DNA from: a virus
Taxonomy: Duplodnaviria; Caudoviricetes
Reading direction: 5' to 3' (one strand)
IMG/VR virus record: IMGVR_UViG_3300025009_000014
Span: 1 to 59,677 of that record
DNA: 59,677 bases
In this document: in pieces, positions 36,100-45,700 of the stretch
Layout of the letters: each line of letters opens with the position of its first letter
Numbering within the stretch: the stretch's first letter is position 1
Notes under the pieces: generated by a model
What the model saw: the letters and a program-made list of their open reading frames with translations, nothing else
The model's database searches: none
What the model was told of the DNA's origin: nothing
Made by a program: the position numbers and the translations under genes

Positions 36100-37202
36100 A
36101 CCGTCAGTGTTTTAATGATGTTGTGGAAACAACTTGAATAAACGAAGTAATTTTCGTACACACAGTTCAATTTTCTTTGCAAATCCTCGATGTTTGCATC
36201 GGCCAAAATCGAAGGGATGTCCTTTATACGGTTCGGTTTTATTTTGATCCCGTAGTCAAACGGCAGGTTGAACGGTTCCCAAAATTTGTCGGATATGTAA
36301 ACCGGGATGCACCCGTAATGCATGGCCTCGTACATCCTGAACGATGTTATGCCGTAGCCCCTCGGTGACAAAACGAATACGGACCGTTTCAAAATGTCGT
36401 AATAGTCTTTGATGTTCATCCCGTCAAAGGTGACATATCCGTTTTTCAATGTCTTGACAAGTTCTGTCCTTATCTTGTGCGTTTCTGCACCGTGGAACGA
36501 ATACAGTATGTCCTTTTTGATCGGGATTTCGGAAGGTGTGTTGTTTAACGGGGATGAAACCAAAGGAATCGGGTAGTATCCTTTTTTGTTGCAACCCATC
36601 GAATAAACCAACAAATCAAGTCCGCGCACGTTGTTCAATATCCCGTCGTCGTACTGTATGACCGTGAAATATTTTTTGCTTCTGTCAAGCCCGTCAAGTT
36701 CTTCTTGAAGTTTTTCGAGCGCATACGTATCTGCCCCGTATTTGTTGTTGACATAGTAGGCGGTCCAATGGATCGGAAGATATCTTCGGAATGTTTGCGG
36801 TTTCAGTTCGTCGAATTTCTTTTCAAAATACCTTTCGAACGGCAAATTGTTTCCCGACGGATATTCAAGCATCTGGACGGGTTTGAATGCTTTCGAGACT
36901 TCGCATTTGTTTAAGGGGATTTCCTTTTGCGGTACTTCTTTGTATTTATCTCCCTTCAATGTCAGATGATCGCTCCACCCTTGATTCTTGGCTTCTATCT
37001 CTTTCACTACATCTTTGCCTATCACTTCCCCGCTTTCATCCAAAAAACGTGCCTCACGGCCTTCTTTCTTGCCTGTTACGGTATAATGATGGAGCCCGTC
37101 TTTAAACCACTTCTTGTTAGCCACGGCATCCCTTACGTCGGGATAAAGCCCGTAATAATATTCGTTGTCGAATTTTCCTTCTTCCATATCCATTTTTACC
37201 AA
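36096..37202 (-). CDS. Exostosin (GT47)-like glycosyltransferase with N-terminal YPDV repeat domain
   Basis: SVFVLSPRGYGITSFRMYEAMHYGCIPVYISD; FDNEYYYGLYPDV...HY...GKKEGR. Confidence 0.8.
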   Translation of the reverse strand: MVKMDMEEGKFDNEYYYGLYPDVRDAVANKKWFKDGLHHYTVTGKKEGREARFLDESGEVIGKDVVKEIEAKNQGWSDHLTLKGDKYKEVPQKEIPLNKCEVSKAFKPVQMLEYPSGNNLPFERYFEKKFDELKPQTFRRYLPIHWTAYYVNNKYGADTYALEKLQEELDGLDRSKKYFTVIQYDDGILNNVRGLDLLVYSMGCNKKGYYPIPLVSSPLNNTPSEIPIKKDILYSFHGAETHKIRTELVKTLKNGYVTFDGMNIKDYYDILKRSVFVLSPRGYGITSFRMYEAMHYGCIPVYISDKFWEPFNLPFDYGIKIKPNRIKDIPSILADANIEDLQRKLNCVYENYFVYSSCFHNIIKTLTV

Positions 37203-37759
37203 TTTTTGATTAAATAAACCAGATGCAACGGGCAGATAACAAGCCGTGCATGATGTTCGGCAACAAACTCGTTGATCGCGACGGTCAATTCGGGAAAGTA
37301 CGGATGGTTGTAATCGTGCATGGAGATAACCCCGCCTTCGCGTATTATTTGGCTGTAATTCTCCATATCCCGTTTCAGTTGTTCGTAGGTATGCAATCCG
37401 TCGATGAACACGAAATCAAACATCTGTTCTTTCAGCACCTCGAATGCCTGATCGCTTGTCATGCGCATATGCGTGTAATTGCCTTTGAGCCTTTCCATGA
37501 CTTTCTCATAAAGCATTTGCCAATCGCTTTGAGAATCCATTAACGGCATACCGGGTTGGTACATTTCATAGGTATCTATACCGATAAGTTCTGCACCCGT
37601 TTCAAGTATTTTCTTTGCATGTCCCCCGCAAAATACCCCTATCTCGATTCCCCTCTTGTAATTGTTGGTACGGATCAGGTTCGGGATGGATGAATAATAC
37701 GGGTTGTAGTTCTTATCCGTGTCCGCTATGATGTAATCTATTTTTTCCTCTTGTGTCAT
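37196..37759 (-). CDS. Class I SAM methyltransferase (Methyltransf_24-like)
   Basis: GIEIGVFCG, FDFVFIDGLHTYE, GGVISMHDY. Confidence 0.85.
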   Translation of the reverse strand: MTQEEKIDYIIADTDKNYNPYYSSIPNLIRTNNYKRGIEIGVFCGGHAKKILETGAELIGIDTYEMYQPGMPLMDSQSDWQMLYEKVMERLKGNYTHMRMTSDQAFEVLKEQMFDFVFIDGLHTYEQLKRDMENYSQIIREGGVISMHDYNHPYFPELTVAINEFVAEHHARLVICPLHLVYLIKNW

Positions 37760-37783
37760 GATTATTTTTTAATGTTTTTCATT

Positions 37784-38479
37784 TTAAATACCTATCCATT
37801 CATTTGGACAAATTTCATAACCCGTCCGTCCGCTTGTTTTACTGAACCAATGCAGCGGAAAAAATATGGTCCGCTTTCTCATGCTTAAATAGGCACCCCA
37901 AAATGAGAACGTGGAATTGCTCATCACGACGGCATCACAATTTGCCATGAAAAATATATCGTCGATCGGGTTGGTATGTTCCCTGAAATGTATGTTCCGG
38001 ATATGTCCGAAATTGTCTTTGCACCACTTGATATCATCGGAGCAAAAAACAACTCGTTTATTCTCATGAACCAGGCGTTTTAATGCAGTCATGTAATATT
38101 CGACGGGTTGTACGGGAAAGTTTTCGGTATCGTTCAAAAAATCCCCCCTCCTTACATGACAGGCTATGGTATTCGGATGCCAATCCACGGGTACCTTAAA
38201 GATATCTTTGATCAGTTGTTCCTTGATATCGTCAAAATACTCATGTCTTTGAAAAAAACCGACTATGGAAAGGTTTACCCGTTTAGGGATGTCGAATACG
38301 GAATTGTTGCCTTGCGGCTGAACAAACGTGTTTTCTATTTTTTGGGACCGTTCGGGAAGTTCGAAATACGGCTGCCATGCAAATTCCGGTTTGTCGTTGA
38401 ACTTTTTGGCCAAAGCATAAACCACCGCTATCTGAAACATATTGTTTCCCAACCTGCCCATCCATTCACATGTGATCAT
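37784..38479 (-). CDS. Alpha-1,2-fucosyltransferase (GT11)
   Basis: GRLGNNMFQ, HVRRGDF, CSDDIKWC, SNSTFSFWGAYL. Confidence 0.92.
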   Translation of the reverse strand: MITCEWMGRLGNNMFQIAVVYALAKKFNDKPEFAWQPYFELPERSQKIENTFVQPQGNNSVFDIPKRVNLSIVGFFQRHEYFDDIKEQLIKDIFKVPVDWHPNTIACHVRRGDFLNDTENFPVQPVEYYMTALKRLVHENKRVVFCSDDIKWCKDNFGHIRNIHFREHTNPIDDIFFMANCDAVVMSNSTFSFWGAYLSMRKRTIFFPLHWFSKTSGRTGYEICPNEWIGI

Positions 38480-38485
38480 AGTAGT

Positions 38486-38713
38486 CTAATAAATTATACC
38501 CGTGGCGTACAACAGGATTAACCAAAAAAATACATTCGTCACAAACATCATTATAGATACCATAATCGATGCAATAATAGCTTGTAATGTACTTTTTTTG
38601 AATTCTTTCCATTTATAAATAGTGGCAATAATAGAAACCACAAATCCAAAATATAAATTCAATAATATTAAAGCTATTGCTTTGATAATTATATAAATAA
38701 CATTTTTTTTCAT
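38486..38713 (-). CDS. Small two-TM protein
   Basis: Hydrophobic, AT-rich. Confidence 0.5.
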   Translation of the reverse strand: MKKNVIYIIIKAIALILLNLYFGFVVSIIATIYKWKEFKKSTLQAIIASIMVSIMMFVTNVFFWLILLYATGIIY

Positions 38714-38865
38714 AATTTATCTGTATTTGTTTTGTTGATTTTTTCTATTACTTTATCCGCAACCGAATTGACAACAGATTCGTAAATAACCGATAATATT
38801 TTAACCGGAACGGTTATCAATAACACGCTGAATACAATATGTATGATTGCAGACATTTTTTTCTG

Positions 38866-39966
38866 TTAGATCGTCATTACTTTGTTTTGAAATCGGGCGA
38901 AAAAATCTTTGGGTGCGATCAGATCGGCCACGGGTTCATAAAATGAAAGCATCAGTTCTCCGACCTTTTCTTGATCTGTAACCATTGAAGCGGGTGTCAA
39001 TTCACCGCTGTCGATTTTATCGGTAAAATCTTGTAGTAAAAGTCCTATCTGCTTGTCGATCTTTTGTTCGTCGGTAAGTTCTTCGGTTGTTTCCTTTTCG
39101 GGATATAACGGGATTGTTTTTGGTTCAACCGTTTCGTTTTGAAGTTCTTCTTGTTCTTGTTTCATGTTGTCGGATGTATTTTCGGTTTGTTTCGTTTCTT
39201 CCGGGAAATCCATATTTTTCATGAATAATTTCTCATATAGCAAAGATTTGTTTGTATCATTAAACTTGATTATTGAACAAATGTTATCGAATTCTTTGTC
39301 CATGTCGTATTTGTTGATCTCGTTTTGATCCCTGAAAAAGAAATTATAATAAGCAAAACTATCATATTTTTTTGAATTTACAAACATTTGTGTAAGAATT
39401 ATTCCGACTGCATCGATGTGGCCGTAAATATCAAACATTTGTTTGTATAACTCGATTGAAAAAACGAATGAAGGATCAGGGTAGATACGCCAAACGAAAT
39501 TCCTTTCCATCTTATTTTCGTTGATCAATCCGTTCTTTGCGTTTTTCAACATCTTTTCCTCGATGGCATTGAGCATAAGAGATGTCTTGTGCATGATCAC
39601 ATCCACTGATTTTTTAAGGAATGTTTCCGCTAAAAACACGTTGAAATCCGATACCGACAGATTTTCATCGGTCAATACCAATAACCCGAATTTTGTCTGG
39701 TAGGTCATGAAATCAAGGCATTCACCGTCTGTCTTGCCTTTTTTGTCTATCCCGCAAATGATCCCCCTCTTTGAACTCGCCAAACCCCCTATGCCTATCT
39801 TTTTGGCTACATCTTCAAATTCGGGCAATACAAATACTTTTTTCCGTGCATCTTTCTGCACATATTTTATAGCAGACACCACCGAATCCGTGATCGATCC
39901 GTTGTCCGTTTTATTCACAAAAATATGGTTGATGCGCCTTTTGTAATCTTGTTCCGTTATGTTCAT
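38866..39966 (-). CDS. Degenerate (inactive) paralog of the packaging ATPase with acidic tail
   Basis: GLLVLTD, VDVIMH, KMLKNA match GLFLLED, VDIIIH, KILKNT; Walker A lost. Confidence 0.55.
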   Translation of the reverse strand: MNITEQDYKRRINHIFVNKTDNGSITDSVVSAIKYVQKDARKKVFVLPEFEDVAKKIGIGGLASSKRGIICGIDKKGKTDGECLDFMTYQTKFGLLVLTDENLSVSDFNVFLAETFLKKSVDVIMHKTSLMLNAIEEKMLKNAKNGLINENKMERNFVWRIYPDPSFVFSIELYKQMFDIYGHIDAVGIILTQMFVNSKKYDSFAYYNFFFRDQNEINKYDMDKEFDNICSIIKFNDTNKSLLYEKLFMKNMDFPEETKQTENTSDNMKQEQEELQNETVEPKTIPLYPEKETTEELTDEQKIDKQIGLLLQDFTDKIDSGELTPASMVTDQEKVGELMLSFYEPVADLIAPKDFFARFQNKVMTI

Positions 39967-39986
39967 GTCGTTTTGTTTAGTGTTTG

Positions 39987-40715
39987 TTATTTAATGCCGT
40001 AATGTGTGAATAATTTTTGCCACCGTGCCTGTTGTTTTGCAGCCTCGCTTATTGCTACCTCTGTTTTTGCCAAAAATACCATTGCCACCGTTCCCCAGAA
40101 CGCGGTTGCGGGATTCGCTGCCTTGATTTGTGCATATTGAGCGTAATCGGCAAATGCCGTCTTGATCATGTTCAGTTCTTCCTCCGACAACTTCAACTTT
40201 TGATGAAGGTCTATTTCATCTTTTTTGTAATTGTCGTAAAATTCTGCGGGGATGCTGTGTGTTACATTCGTATAGTAATAGATTTCGGAATCTTTTACCT
40301 TTGATATCAATTTGGATCCGTGGATGAAGAGTTTCGGCAATAACATGTCAACCCCGTAACCGAGCATGTTGGCAAATGATTTTGCCTGATCCTTTGTCAC
40401 CTTCACCTCCCGTTGGTCCGCATCGTTCAACTCTGCATCTGCAGCCGCCTGTTCTGCTTCTTTGTTCTGCTTTTCCGCTTCCGAATTGATTTTGTCGAAC
40501 ATACTTTCAACCCCGTCGTTCTCATAGTTTTTCCCTATGTTGCTTTTTTCCTGCTTAATTTCGGGTTCGGGTTGTTGTGCTTCTTCTTTTACGGTTTTTT
40601 CTTCCGAAAAAGATGATTCGGCAGAGAATAGATTATCGGAGTATTGTTTCACGTTCACTTGTTCCGACAATAAAGGATCAATCACTTGACCTTGTGTTGT
40701 GCTGTTTTCCGTCAT
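39987..40715 (-). CDS. Acidic protein with C-terminal hydrophobic segment
   Basis: ORF; AFWGTVAMVFLA. Confidence 0.7.
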   Translation of the reverse strand: MTENSTTQGQVIDPLLSEQVNVKQYSDNLFSAESSFSEEKTVKEEAQQPEPEIKQEKSNIGKNYENDGVESMFDKINSEAEKQNKEAEQAAADAELNDADQREVKVTKDQAKSFANMLGYGVDMLLPKLFIHGSKLISKVKDSEIYYYTNVTHSIPAEFYDNYKKDEIDLHQKLKLSEEELNMIKTAFADYAQYAQIKAANPATAFWGTVAMVFLAKTEVAISEAAKQQARWQKLFTHYGIK

Positions 40716-41146
40716 GATTTTTCGTTTATTTTATTTTTAATAGTTTCGATGATGTGTTTCGACATGTCGATGAATTCCTTGTTTGCCTTGTAGTAATACG
40801 AATTTTCGGGAGTTGTAAGGTATTCCCTTATCTTTTGCTTGTATCTGTACAGTTGTCGGCTCGAAATGGCCTCTACCTTGGCAATATGCTTGTTTGAAAT
40901 CCGCGCAAGATCGGATATGAGATACACAAACAATCCCTTTATTTCCTTGTCTCTTCCGGTTGCGGGTTTTTTTAGCGTTTTTTCGCTTATGTCGAACGTT
41001 TGGAGTATTTCGGTCTGGATGATGCCGACGGCTGAATATTGTTCGGTCTTTTGTTCTGATTTTATCAGTAAATCCAAAATCAGTTCGGTTCGGTCCTTCC
41101 CGTATAGGGATTCCAATGTTTGTAATTTGTCGTATGTTTTGCTCAT
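40712..41146 (-). CDS. HTH-containing protein
   Basis: ISNKHIAKVEAISSRQLYRY. Confidence 0.55.
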   Translation of the reverse strand: MSKTYDKLQTLESLYGKDRTELILDLLIKSEQKTEQYSAVGIIQTEILQTFDISEKTLKKPATGRDKEIKGLFVYLISDLARISNKHIAKVEAISSRQLYRYKQKIREYLTTPENSYYYKANKEFIDMSKHIIETIKNKINEKS

Positions 41147-41245
41147 GTATGTATTTGTTTATAAAACAAAGAGCGACGTATATGTGGGCGTAAATCAGAT
41201 AAGCGTAAATCAAATCTTCACAAGCATCGCTCTTTTGTTTATACC

Positions 41246-41443
41246 TTATTCAAGAAAATCATCTATGGACATGATCGGATGCGTTGTATTGTTATAGTGC
41301 GGTATTACCTGCACCTTGCCTGTTTTGTCAAGTTTTAACGCATACGTCACCGATGTCGGTTCGATTTCATTCTTACTTGCCGTATCATTTATTATTTTTG
41401 CGATACGGTCGTGTACCTTTTGTTTTATTAAATTTTCAAACAT
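41246..41443 (-). CDS. Hypothetical protein
   Basis: ORF; operator palindrome overlaps the start. Confidence 0.6.
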   Translation of the reverse strand: MFENLIKQKVHDRIAKIINDTASKNEIEPTSVTYALKLDKTGKVQVIPHYNNTTHPIMSIDDFLE

Positions 41444-41477
41444 GTTTGTAAATATTAAGTAAGTGTTGTTTTTGTTT

Positions 41478-42257
41478 TTAGTCTAAAATACATCCACCGC
41501 CGGCAAACTTTACAACCGAAAGTTCTTTGTGTTTTTTCGCTATTTCCTTTATTTTCGCCCGTCCGTCGTATTTAAACGAAAAATCATTCTCATGCGATTT
41601 TTTGATCAGATCGATCAACCAATTGTTTATGGTTTTGACGTTTTTCTCGCTTTCGGTCAAAATGATCAAATCCAGATCGTTCATGAAGATGGTCAAAAAG
41701 TCTTTCATCCTTTCTACTTCCGAAATCAATCCCTTGTTTTTTTCCTTTTTGTCGCTTTTTGAAATTTCAACCGTGGCCGGACGGAAGATAACCGGAACAT
41801 TTTCAATGATCCTTTTGGCATGTTTATATGATTGCGAGTGATCTTTAACTCTGGTCATGCGTTTATCCGGTTGGCCTTTTCGTTTTACGATCACATAATT
41901 GGCTTTTTTCAAAACGGCATATACTTCTTTTACCCGTTGCAACTCTGAAGGGGTGAGCGTGTCGGAAGGAATGATTTCCTTTTTTTCGTCCTTTTTAGGT
42001 TCTGCATCTTTTTCTGCTTTAGCCGGTTCTTCCTTCTTTTCCTCTTTAGGTTCTTTTTTTACAGGTTCTTCCTTTTTAGGGGTTTCTGTTTTTTCTTCTT
42101 TTTTTGCTTCGGCCGGTTTTTCCGTTCCTTCCATATCAGCCAATTGTTTTTTCGCATTGGCAAGTGATTTTCTGACCATTTCTTTTTCTTCGGCATTCAG
42201 GTCATTCATACCGGCCTCAATATCGGCTATTTCTTTTTTTAATTCTTCTTTTGTCAT
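41478..42257 (-). CDS. K/E-rich hypothetical protein
   Basis: Low-complexity KEE/P region; ends KFAGGGCI. Confidence 0.7.
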   Translation of the reverse strand: MTKEELKKEIADIEAGMNDLNAEEKEMVRKSLANAKKQLADMEGTEKPAEAKKEEKTETPKKEEPVKKEPKEEKKEEPAKAEKDAEPKKDEKKEIIPSDTLTPSELQRVKEVYAVLKKANYVIVKRKGQPDKRMTRVKDHSQSYKHAKRIIENVPVIFRPATVEISKSDKKEKNKGLISEVERMKDFLTIFMNDLDLIILTESEKNVKTINNWLIDLIKKSHENDFSFKYDGRAKIKEIAKKHKELSVVKFAGGGCILD

Positions 42258-42279
42258 GATTCAAGGGTTTTGATTGTTA

Positions 42280-42654
42280 TTAATTGCCGGTTTCAAATTT
42301 GATTGCGGTTTCAAATGTTTTGATCTTTCGTTCAAGTACCTGTCTGTCTTGATCCGTTGCGGCATATTTCAATGCCATTTTGAACGTTTCCAATTTTTTG
42401 CGCAAAGGTGACTTGATAATCGTACTCGGATATTTTTCAGGGAGTTGCTCAAAAAACAATCCCATGATATCCTGAACTTCCTGTGGAAATTCCCCTTCGT
42501 GCGGTTGTACGTCATCGTCGGCCTGTTTCCCGACAACTTCCGGTGAAACTGCTATCGTAAACGATTTCAATGCACTTTCCATTTTAGGATTAAGCCTTTT
42601 GAGTTCTTCAAAATTCACTTTCTTAATCTCGGTTTTAAATTGATCTTTTTTCAT
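42280..42654 (-). CDS. Hypothetical protein
   Basis: Likely start MKKDQF. Confidence 0.6.
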   Translation of the reverse strand: MKKDQFKTEIKKVNFEELKRLNPKMESALKSFTIAVSPEVVGKQADDDVQPHEGEFPQEVQDIMGLFFEQLPEKYPSTIIKSPLRKKLETFKMALKYAATDQDRQVLERKIKTFETAIKFETGN

Positions 42655-42750
42655 ATTCAAGGTTTTTTTATTTTTTACGTTTATAATCCCACCCGACAAC
42701 CATCATTTTCATTTTCAAATCCATGCATAGTTCCGTCAGTTTCTCATCCG

Positions 42751-45700
42751 TTACTCTTTTTTTTTTATTTCAATAACATTTTTAATGTTGGCTTCGGGAA
42801 TGAGATATTTACTGTTAATCCAATAGAATTGCTCATTTGTAATGTCATTGAATTGGGTTGCCGTGATATGTCCGATTTTTTCTTTTCCCCATCCGTCATA
42901 AAATTCTACGGTTTGATTGACTCTATACTTGGTATTTGTTAGTTTACCTCCTTTTTCTTTTACATCGATCCATTGTTCTTCAAACATGGCATCTTTCAAT
43001 TCTCTTGCGTATGTGATAAGGGATTGGTCTTTTTTATACCTGTCTTCTTTGAACCAAAAGCGTTCGTGTGGCAGTTGTGCGCCCTCTTGTTCGGTTATCT
43101 TGCCCGTTATCCCGTCGATTGTCATATAGCCGTCAACCATTGATTTCAATTCATGATATACCTGCTTATCGGTTTTAGCGGAATTTTCAATTACATAATT
43201 GGGGACATATCGGCCTGTTTCGGCATATCTCTTTAATACACGTTCTTTTGCAACATTGATAGGAATATCCAAAAAGATAATGAATGTACGATATCCAAGG
43301 CGTTTTAACTGATTGATCAAAGGTTTGTAGTTCTTTGACTTGTTCATCGTACCGTCGTACAAAATATCCGTTACACAAGGGGTACCGACTTCTTCCAAAA
43401 TTTCGGATACCAAACGAGATGATTCCTTATGCGTTGCACTCGCATTCCAACCCCTGTATTCGGGTAATTTTGCACGTATGGAATCGGCATCTATTTTAAG
43501 GATCGATTCGTCGTTCATGTAGGGTGCATACTTTTTAAGGAAGAAAGTTTTCCCGGATCCGGGAAGACCTCCCGTGATAACGGCTATCGGCTTTTCCTGC
43601 GGGTTGATGCACAGTACGTTTCTTCGAATGTCTGCTTTAATCCTTTCATGCAGTTCTTTTCGTTCAGGCGTGAAATTACCATACGCATCCGTATATAATT
43701 CCTCTGTCTGCTGCATTTTTTCGCTGATCAGTTCAAGCTCTTCCAATGTTTGTTTATCGGTAGCATACAAACCGTCGCTTGTCATAACGGGCATCTTTGC
43801 GATCAGTTCTTCCAATGAAGGTGCTTTGGTTTCTTCATCGATTCTTATTTCGCTGAATTTTTCCGAGAATTGATTTTTAAAATCCGCAATAATCTGGTCA
43901 GAACTTTGTGCGTTTATTTGATTTTTTTCTTTTACCTCGATTACTATTTCTGTGCGTTCTTTCAAAAATTCAGGACTATTCAACCGATTGATTTCAATTT
44001 CCACTTTTTGAATATCAAAAGTCAACCTATCGATCTCTTTCATCAAAAGTTTGGGATCCGAATAAATTTCTTTTTCTTTTGACTTTCGGTTGATGTAATA
44101 CAATGCCGACTTGAATTTCTCATACCAATGTGGTAATTCAAAATACAATCGGTTATTTCTGTACGATCTCGTCAAAAATTTATATCTCTCTTGATTTTGT
44201 GACCACCTCTGCCAATCAAACTCACCGTAACTTTCAAAAAGTTTACCTTCCGCATCTTTTTGGTCTTTAGCTATTTCATCCATTTTTATCAACAGGGTTT
44301 CAATCTTTCTTTCTTGAACGGTCCCATCCTTGAATACCTGTGGCGGTCTTAAATTATCGACAATATCTTTTAAATCTTTTTTATATGCATCGATAGTGTC
44401 AAAATCACTTTGTATTTTTTTACAGGTTTCAACTTGGGCTTTCATACTTGAAAGATCATCCTTCATGCGAACCTGCAAATCTTCTATTTCAATTTTTGCA
44501 ATCACTTCCGGGTTTTCAATCAGCTCGTATTTTATTTGTTCCGGGTCGAAATCTTTCACATCCAAAACATTTGTTTCACCGTCCAAATCCCAAATCGCAT
44601 TGATACGCTGTGTTTTTTCCTGCAATTTTTGCATCATGAAAATATCGATAGAATTTATCATTAGCGGGGTGACGGCAAAACAATACCTGTGTTTGTTACC
44701 CTGTCTGTGGATGCGCCCTAAAAGTTGAATCCTGTCTGTCGGATTCCACGCAGGAAACAGGTCGTATAATACGATCGAATGTTTCTGCAGGTTCATTCCC
44801 TCTCTCATCGATGAAGAACCTATCAATATTTTCATCCTTTCTTCATCAGGTATATTTACAACAACACCCGTATCTTTGTCGTAGTCTATTCCCAAGAATT
44901 TATTCTGAACATACTGTTTTGCATCTTTTGATGATACTCCTTTCGGACTTTTCATACCTGAATATATCATTCCGATCTCATGCTCCTTAAACCCGATTTC
45001 TTTTATAAGATATTCTTTGACAAGCGGAAAAAATTCCTTTCCCCTGTCCATATAAATCAATTGTCCGCTTACGGGTTCGTTCTTGCTCTCATAATATTCC
45101 TTAAACATCTTCACCATATCCATAGTGAATTTTAATTTGGTCGATGTTTCTATATATTCTTTGTATGTCGGTCTGCCGAGTGCATATCCCAATACCTCGT
45201 TTTCATCTTCTAATCTTAACAAATACGGTGACAAAGCAATCGAACGGTTCATATTTACCGATCGTAACAGTGTTACGCCTCTTTTTTCTTCTTTTGACAG
45301 TGAATTTTCATTTACTGTTTCACCTGCTATATTTTGGGCTATTTCTTCTTCATCTTCTTCTTCCGGTAAAAGTGTTCCGTTGACATCGATCATGGCCTGA
45401 AATTTTTCCTTTTTTTCTTCCGGCATAAAATCAATTGCTTTTAATTGATCGTAGGATATCGTACCTTCGGCATACATTACGACGTTTTTCATAATGAATT
45501 CCTGCAACGGGGTTAAAGGCAATATAGAATTGATCCTGTTTTCAGCTCCTTCCGGCATCGGTATTTCTATTTTATCCGGTCTGACAATCGGAACGGATTC
45601 GGGTTTTTTATAATTAGAATAACGATAAAGCAAACGTTGTAACGAAGACAAATTTTTCCATCCTATGAAAATATCCCTACGCTCAAATTTCATGGTTGCG

